Part shown: piece by piece, positions 58,447-64,000 of the stretch
Layout of the letters: each line of letters begins with the position of its first letter
Numbering within the stretch: the first letter of the stretch is position 1
Source: Myxococcota bacterium
GTDB lineage: Bacteria > Myxococcota_A > Polyangia > Nannocystales > Nannocystaceae
DNA length: 64,000 bases
Direction of reading: 5' to 3'
NCBI GenBank assembly: GCA_039028615.1
Contig: JBCCHT010000042.1
Span: forward strand, 43,701-107,700
The notes under the pieces: model-generated
Told to the model about the DNA's origin: nothing
Databases searched by the model: none
The model's input: only the letters and a program-made list of their open reading frames with translations
Translations under genes and position numbers: made by a program

Positions 58447-58974
58447 CTACAGCGACGAGTAGACCGCGTGGCGACCCACGCCGATCCGCTCGAGTCGCCC
58501 CTCTTTGACGAGGGCGGACAGGTGGTGCCGCAGCACCTTGCGATCGAGGCGGCTGTAGTCCTCGATGTCGTCGAGAGTGACGTCGCCGTTGCCTTCGACG
58601 AAGGGCATGACCAGGCGGCTGAACTCGTCGAGGTCGATGCCGCCGTCGTCGGGCGCCTTGGCCTTGCTCTCGCGCTCGGCTTTTTGGGCGTAGGCGTCCT
58701 CGAGCTCGTCCTCGAGGATTCGTCGCTTGCGGCGGCGACCCTGGGCTTCGACGACCGCGGGCGGAGCCGCAAAGGCGTCGCGCAGGTCACCCAGGGTGAT
58801 CTTGGCGAACTGGGCCCACAGGCCGCGGTTGCTCAGGTAGCCGACCAGGTCACCCAGGCTCACGTTGTCGGGACTGCGGAGTCCCTTGAGCGTCTCTAGA
58901 GCGCTGAGGCGCTCGAGTTCGTCATAGGTACCGCCGACCTGGGACTGGAAGATCGCGCTGGCATCCTTCGGCAT
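58447..58974 (-). CDS. Hypothetical protein with C-terminal winged-helix domain
   Basis: VTLDDIEDYSRLDRKVLRHHLSALVKEGRLERIGVGRHAVY is wHTH-like. Confidence 0.75.
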   Translation of the reverse strand: MPKDASAIFQSQVGGTYDELERLSALETLKGLRSPDNVSLGDLVGYLSNRGLWAQFAKITLGDLRDAFAAPPAVVEAQGRRRKRRILEDELEDAYAQKAERESKAKAPDDGGIDLDEFSRLVMPFVEGNGDVTLDDIEDYSRLDRKVLRHHLSALVKEGRLERIGVGRHAVYSSL

Positions 58975-59561
58975 GGAAAGCTCTCACTCGTTGCTGTGGA
59001 GGGGATCGTCGTCCGCTTGTCGACGAACACACCGCGGTGGTGGTTCACCCGAAGGTGGGACGAGAGATTCTCGCGTCGTCGCGGGGGTCGGTCGGGGTGT
59101 CGTGCCACCCACGCCACGCCTACCTACGCCTCGACGTCAGACCTGATCATGGAGCATCGATGGTATGGCGCGCAAGTGCCAGTGAGCTTTTGCATTCACG
59201 GAGGCCCCCAACCAATGGGGTCGAGGGCCCAAACCGCGCTCGCGATTTCACCCTCCGGGCTGGCCCCGACAACGGCCGCGAACAACACGCAACGTCAGGG
59301 AATCGCCGTGTAGGGGGGAGGGGGGAGATCTCCTCTCCATCGAAAATCTCGGGACGCCCGACGTGCCCGGTTTGCCTCCGCCTGGGGATGAGTCGTGGAT
59401 CGAGCCGGGCCTGATCGTGGTCCCGAGTCCGGGGGAAACGGCGCCGCAGGTGGCCCTGCTGGCGGTCGCCGGGTGGCCGCGGACATTGATCGCCGCGTAG
59501 CTCCGCCCTGATTACGGTTTCGTGACGAACGTGACCGTAGGACGCGTTAGGTCGGCGAAAT

Positions 59562-59627
59562 TGGGGATAAACCTGTGGATGACTTGGGGACGATGATGGC
59601 AGGCCGGCTGGCCGGTACTGTGGAAAA
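59562..59627 (-). promoter_or_regulatory. Cluster of DnaA-box-like 9-mers
   Basis: TGGGGATAA (59562), TGTGGATGA (59574), TGTGGAAAA (59619) versus consensus TGTGGATAA. Confidence 0.65.
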
Positions 59628-59632
59628 AATCA

Positions 59633-59679
59633 GCACTACAGATTGTGTCGCCTTCTTGCGTGGCCCCCATATGTTGTGG
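59633..59679 (+). promoter_or_regulatory. Tandem NrdR boxes
   Basis: GCACTACAGATTGTGT (59633) and CCCCCATATGTTGTGG (59664), 31 bp apart, upstream of an RNR gene; consensus acaCwAtATaTwGtgt. Confidence 0.8.
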
Positions 59680-60032
59680 TTTATAGGTGGTCCGCCCCAA
59701 CCCCTTGGGGTGGCGGCGCTCCGGGGCGACCCCGCGGTGCCGAGCGTCAGGCAGCACCTCAGCCTGCTCGCTGGACAGAAAAATCGGGACCGATGAAGGC
59801 TCGGAGATTCGGGCGATGAGTGACTCGTCACTCCCCGTCCGTCGACGGCAGGTTTCCCTGCGCTCTGGTGCCCCCACGCTGACTACCCGCACCGGACCCT
59901 GAAGTCCGCCTTCATCGACCCCGCGCATGCCACGCGCTCTTCCTCGGAGCACGTGGCTCAGGCCTTTTTTCGCCGAAATTCGCCTCCTCTTCCCCTGCTC
60001 CTCCTCTCGCGCCGCACCGGAGTTCCTCCCCC

Positions 60033-63000
60033 ATGAAGGTCGCTCGCTTCTTCACTCGTGATCACGCCCAGCCTTTTGAAGGCATCGAATTCGAAGATCG
60101 CAGCTCTCGCATCGCCAACCCGGACGGGTCGGTCGTGTTCGAGGCCACGAACATCGCGGTGCCCAAGGGTTGGTCGCAGGTCGCCGTGGACATCCTTGCG
60201 CAGAAGTACTTCCGCAAGGCCGGCATCCCCACGCACCTGCGCCGCGTCCCCGAGCCCGATGTTCCTCAATGGTTGTGGCGCAGCGAGCCCGACGAAGAGG
60301 CGCTCAACGAGCTGCCCGAGGCCGAGCGCAGCCGCGGTGAGCAAGACAGCCGCGAGGTCTTCGGTCGTCTCGCCGGTTGCTGGACCTACTGGGGCTGGCG
60401 CCACGGCTACTTCGCCGACGAAGAGTCGGCCCGTGCCTTCCACGACGAGATGCTGCACATGCTCGCCACCCAGATGGCGGCACCCAACAGCCCGCAGTGG
60501 TTCAACACCGGGCTCAACTGGGCGTACGGCATCAGCGGCCCCGCGCAGGGTCACTACTACTGTGAGCCGCAGACCGGGCACGTGCGTCGCTCCGCCGACG
60601 CCTACACCCGCCCGCAGCCCCACGCCTGCTTCATCCAGTCGGTCGGCGACGACCTGGTGGGCGACGGCGGCATCATGGACCTGTGGGTCCGCGAGGCCCG
60701 GCTGTTCAAGTACGGCTCCGGTACCGGCACCAACTTCTCCAACATCCGCGCCGAGGGCGAGCCCCTGTCGGGCGGCGGTCGCAGCAGCGGCCTGATGAGC
60801 TTCCTGCGGATCGGTGACCGGGCCGCGGGCGCGATCAAGAGCGGCGGCACCACCCGGCGCGCGGCCAAGATGGTCGTCGTCGACATCGATCACCCCGACG
60901 TCGAGAAGTTCATCGACTGGAAGGTCATCGAGGAGCAGAAGGTCGCCGCGCTGGTCTCGGGCTCCAAGGCCTGCAACCACCACCTCAACGTGGTGCTGAA
61001 GGCAGCCTACAGCGGCGAGGGCCTCCTCGGCGACGATCGCTTCGACCCCACCAAGAACATGGAGCTCCGCAAGGCCATTCGCGGCGCTCGCCGGGCCCAG
61101 GTCCCCGAGAACTACATCCAGCGCGCGCTCCAGCTCGGCAAGCAGGGCACGACCCTCATCGAGTTCGAGGAGTACGACACCGGTTGGGACTCCGAAGCCT
61201 ACGGCACCGTCGCCGGCCAGAACTCGAACAACTCGGTGCGCCTGTCCAACGGCTTCCTCGAGGCGGTCGAGAAGGACGGCCCCTGGAACCTCATTCGTCG
61301 CACCAACGGCGAGGTCAGCAAGACCCTCCCCGCGCGCGAGCTGTGGAACAAGATCTCCTTCGGCGCCTGGAGCTGCGCCGACCCGGGTCTACAGTTCGAC
61401 ACCACCATCAACGACTGGCACACCTGCCCCGCCTCGGGTCGCATCAACGCCAGCAACCCGTGCTCCGAGTACATGTTCCTCGACGACACCGCCTGCAACC
61501 TGGCGTCGTTGAACATGATGAAGTACGTGGCCGACGACGGCCGCATCGACGTCGCCGCGGTGGAGCACGCCTGCCGGCTGTGGACCATCACGCTCGAGAT
61601 CGCGGTGTTGATGGCCCAGTTCCCGTCCAAGCCCATCGCGGAGCTGTCGTACCGCTACCGCACCCTGGGCCTGGGCTACGCCAACATGGGGACCTACTTC
61701 ATGGTCTCCGGCCTGCCCTACGACTCCGAGCAAGCGGTAGCGATCTGCGGGGCGGTCACCGCCATCATGACCGGTGTCTGCTACGCGACCTCGGCCGAGC
61801 TGGCCCAGGAGCTCGGGGCCTTCCCCGGCTACGAGCCCAACGCCGACTCGATGCTCCGGGTCATGCGCAACCATCGGCGCGCCGCCTACGATGCGCCCGC
61901 GCGCGAGTACGAGGGCCTGTCGGTCACCCCGCAGGGCCTCGACGCCGAGCACTGCCCCGACTACCTGCTCCAGCCCGCGCAGGCGGCCTGGGACGCGGCG
62001 GTCAGCGGCGGTGAGGCCCACGGCTACCGCAACGCGCAGGTCACCGTGATCGCGCCGACCGGCACCATCGGCCTGCTCATGGACTGCGACACCACCGGCA
62101 TCGAGCCCGACTTCGCCCTGGTGAAGTTCAAGAAGCTCGCTGGCGGCGGCTACTTCAAGATCATCAACCAGTCCGTGCCCCGGGCGCTCACGAACCTCGG
62201 CTACGACCAGGTCCAGATCGACGACATCGTTCGTTACTGCCGCGGCGCGGGCAGCCTGGTGGGCAGCCCCCGCATCAGCCACGCGCAGCTCAAGGCCAAG
62301 GGCTTCACCGAGGAGCTCATCGCCAAGATCGAAAAGGAGCTGCCGCAGGCCTTCGAGATCGGCTTCGTGTTCAACCGCTGGAGCCTCGGCGAGGAGTTCT
62401 GCAAGGACGTGCTGGGCTTCACCGACGAGCAGCTCGGTGACCCCACCTTCGAGATGCTGTCGGCCCTGGGCTTCACCGCCCAGGACATCCGGCTCGCCAA
62501 CGACCACGTCTGCGGCACCATGACCCTCGAGGGCGCGCCGCACCTGGCCGACGAGCACCTGCCCGTCTTCGACTGCGCCAACAAGTGCGGTCGCCAGGGC
62601 AAGCGCTTCATCGCGCCCATGGCCCACGTGCACATGATGGCGGCGGCCCAGCCCTTCTTGTCGGGCGCCATCTCCAAGACCATCAACATGCCGGCCGAGG
62701 CCACCCTCGACGAGGTCGAGGAGGTCTACCTCCAGTCCTGGAAGAAGGCCCTCAAGGCCATCGCTCTGTACCGCGACGGCAGCAAGCTCAGCCAGCCGCT
62801 GTCCACCGCGCTACTCGGTGAGGTCGAGGACGACGTCGACGACGTCGAAGCGGTCGAGGACAAGCCGGACATCGCGGCGATGCCCAGGCCGCAGGTGGTC
62901 GAGAAGATCGCCGAGAAGATGGTCTACCGCTACCTCGCCAAGCGGCGTCGCATGCCCGACCGTCGCGGCGGCTACACCCAAAAGGCCACCATCGGCGGGC

Positions 63001-63749
63001 ACAAGGTCTACATCCACACCGGCGAGTACGGTGACGGGTCGCTCGGCGAGATCTTCATCGACATGCACAAGGAGGGCGCCGCCTTCCGCAGCCTGATGAA
63101 CTGCTTCGCCATCGCCATCAGCCTCGGCTTGCAGTACGGCGTGCCGCTCGAGGAGTACGTGGAGGCCTTCACCTTCACCCGCTTCGAGCCCAACGGCCCC
63201 GTCCAGGGTCATCCCAACATCAAGATGTCGACGAGCATCATCGACTACATCTTCCGGGAGCTCGCCATCAGCTACCTCGGCCGCCATGACCTGGCGCACG
63301 TCCCGCCCGACAGCCTCGCCCCGGACACCACGGGAACGCCGATGGAAGCCGGCGTCGACTTCGGCGAGGAAGAGGTCGTCGGTGAGCGCGTGGTCGAGCT
63401 GGCCCAAGAAGAGGTCGTCGAAGAGCGTGTCGTCACGCCGGGGCCCCTGAAGTTGGCCGCATCGGCGCCCAGCGCCGCCGTCCTGGCTCAAGCGGAGCGA
63501 AAGCGCACCGCCATCGAGTTCGAAGATCGCACCCAGGCCCGGGCGGGTACGACGTCCGCCAAGGGTAATGGCAGTAAGGAGCGGTCCGAAGAAAGGAAGG
63601 CTGCTGCCAGCCTCAGCGTCGAGGTTTCCAAGGCCCGTGCTCAGGGCTATACCGGAGACGCATGTCCGAACTGCCAGAGCTTCACCATGGTCCGCAACGG
63701 GTCGTGCTTGAAGTGCAACACCTGCGGCAGCACCAGCGGGTGTAGCTGA
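60033..63749 (+). CDS. nrdJ: Class II (adenosylcobalamin-dependent) ribonucleotide reductase with TSCPD domain and Zn ribbon
   Basis: [55 protein letters not shown]-terminal CPNC..C..C. Confidence 0.96.
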   Translation: MKVARFFTRDHAQPFEGIEFEDRSSRIANPDGSVVFEATNIAVPKGWSQVAVDILAQKYFRKAGIPTHLRRVPEPDVPQWLWRSEPDEEALNELPEAERSRGEQDSREVFGRLAGCWTYWGWRHGYFADEESARAFHDEMLHMLATQMAAPNSPQWFNTGLNWAYGISGPAQGHYYCEPQTGHVRRSADAYTRPQPHACFIQSVGDDLVGDGGIMDLWVREARLFKYGSGTGTNFSNIRAEGEPLSGGGRSSGLMSFLRIGDRAAGAIKSGGTTRRAAKMVVVDIDHPDVEKFIDWKVIEEQKVAALVSGSKACNHHLNVVLKAAYSGEGLLGDDRFDPTKNMELRKAIRGARRAQVPENYIQRALQLGKQGTTLIEFEEYDTGWDSEAYGTVAGQNSNNSVRLSNGFLEAVEKDGPWNLIRRTNGEVSKTLPARELWNKISFGAWSCADPGLQFDTTINDWHTCPASGRINASNPCSEYMFLDDTACNLASLNMMKYVADDGRIDVAAVEHACRLWTITLEIAVLMAQFPSKPIAELSYRYRTLGLGYANMGTYFMVSGLPYDSEQAVAICGAVTAIMTGVCYATSAELAQELGAFPGYEPNADSMLRVMRNHRRAAYDAPAREYEGLSVTPQGLDAEHCPDYLLQPAQAAWDAAVSGGEAHGYRNAQVTVIAPTGTIGLLMDCDTTGIEPDFALVKFKKLAGGGYFKIINQSVPRALTNLGYDQVQIDDIVRYCRGAGSLVGSPRISHAQLKAKGFTEELIAKIEKELPQAFEIGFVFNRWSLGEEFCKDVLGFTDEQLGDPTFEMLSALGFTAQDIRLANDHVCGTMTLEGAPHLADEHLPVFDCANKCGRQGKRFIAPMAHVHMMAAAQPFLSGAISKTINMPAEATLDEVEEVYLQSWKKALKAIALYRDGSKLSQPLSTALLGEVEDDVDDVEAVEDKPDIAAMPRPQVVEKIAEKMVYRYLAKRRRMPDRRGGYTQKATIGGHKVYIHTGEYGDGSLGEIFIDMHKEGAAFRSLMNCFAIAISLGLQYGVPLEEYVEAFTFTRFEPNGPVQGHPNIKMSTSIIDYIFRELAISYLGRHDLAHVPPDSLAPDTTGTPMEAGVDFGEEEVVGERVVELAQEEVVEERVVTPGPLKLAASAPSAAVLAQAERKRTAIEFEDRTQARAGTTSAKGNGSKERSEERKAAASLSVEVSKARAQGYTGDACPNCQSFTMVRNGSCLKCNTCGSTSGCS

Positions 63750-63948
63750 GGGGCGGTTCCACCGTTTTCCGTTAGAATCGGCAACCAACCGAGAAGGGGG
63801 ACGACCCCACGGGGCGGCGGGGCCCGTCGGTATTTTTCGGGGGGGCCCCAGGCCCCGAACGAGGACTTAAGGCGGGCCGCAACCGTACCGCCCAACCACC
63901 TCCGCCACGCCCGCCCCGCAGGGAGGGGTTTGGGGGGGTACCCGTCGA

Positions 63949-63993
63949 CAGCAGGCCCCGTCCCCGCAGCGGGCGCACACCCACGAGGACTCC
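63949..63993 (+). repeat. Dispersed repeat family B, copy 2
   Basis: CAGCAGGCCCCGTCCCCGCAGCGGGC...ACGAG..TCC matches 32248-32293. Confidence 0.6.
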
Positions 63994-64000
63994 AAACAAA

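Noticed and set aside
59500..59700. Replication origin oriC
   Set aside because: Only about three DnaA-like boxes, no clear AT-rich unwinding element and no dnaA/dnaN nearby; better explained as the nrdJ promoter.
59700..60032. Cobalamin riboswitch in the nrdJ leader
   Set aside because: Conserved B12-box and core motifs were not recognisable by eye.

Overview
High-GC bacterial chromosomal window. It is most likely from a myxobacterium (Nannocystaceae-like), inferred from the many Cys-rich lipoproteins, Ser/Thr kinases and TSP3-OmpA proteins. About 46 CDS can be supported, including ileS (partial), dnaB, nrdJ and grxD. No rRNA, tRNA, CRISPR array or transposase was recognised. Highlights: (1) A ~150-bp dispersed repeat occurs four times, and two copies form a ~930-bp inverted pair. 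Around the copies, one defined strand is strongly depleted of cytosine. This has synonymously recoded the ends of four neighbouring genes, with the affected strand set by repeat orientation, making it a candidate local strand-specific mutagenesis system. (2) A UGA-readthrough selenoprotein (peroxiredoxin-like, UxxC) with a SECIS-like hairpin, split in two by the ORF track. (3) A tightly coupled operon of an S9 peptidase, two HTTM (vitamin K-dependent carboxylase-like) membrane proteins, an SdpA-like protein and a PHP hydrolase. (4) A triple-fusion gene: Fe-ADH/maleylacetate reductase + esterase + homogentisate dioxygenase. (5) A lipoprotein with four knottin-like Cys repeats. (6) Several pseudo-enzymes, and NrdR plus DnaA boxes upstream of nrdJ. 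All calls come from reading the sequence by eye; no searches were run.
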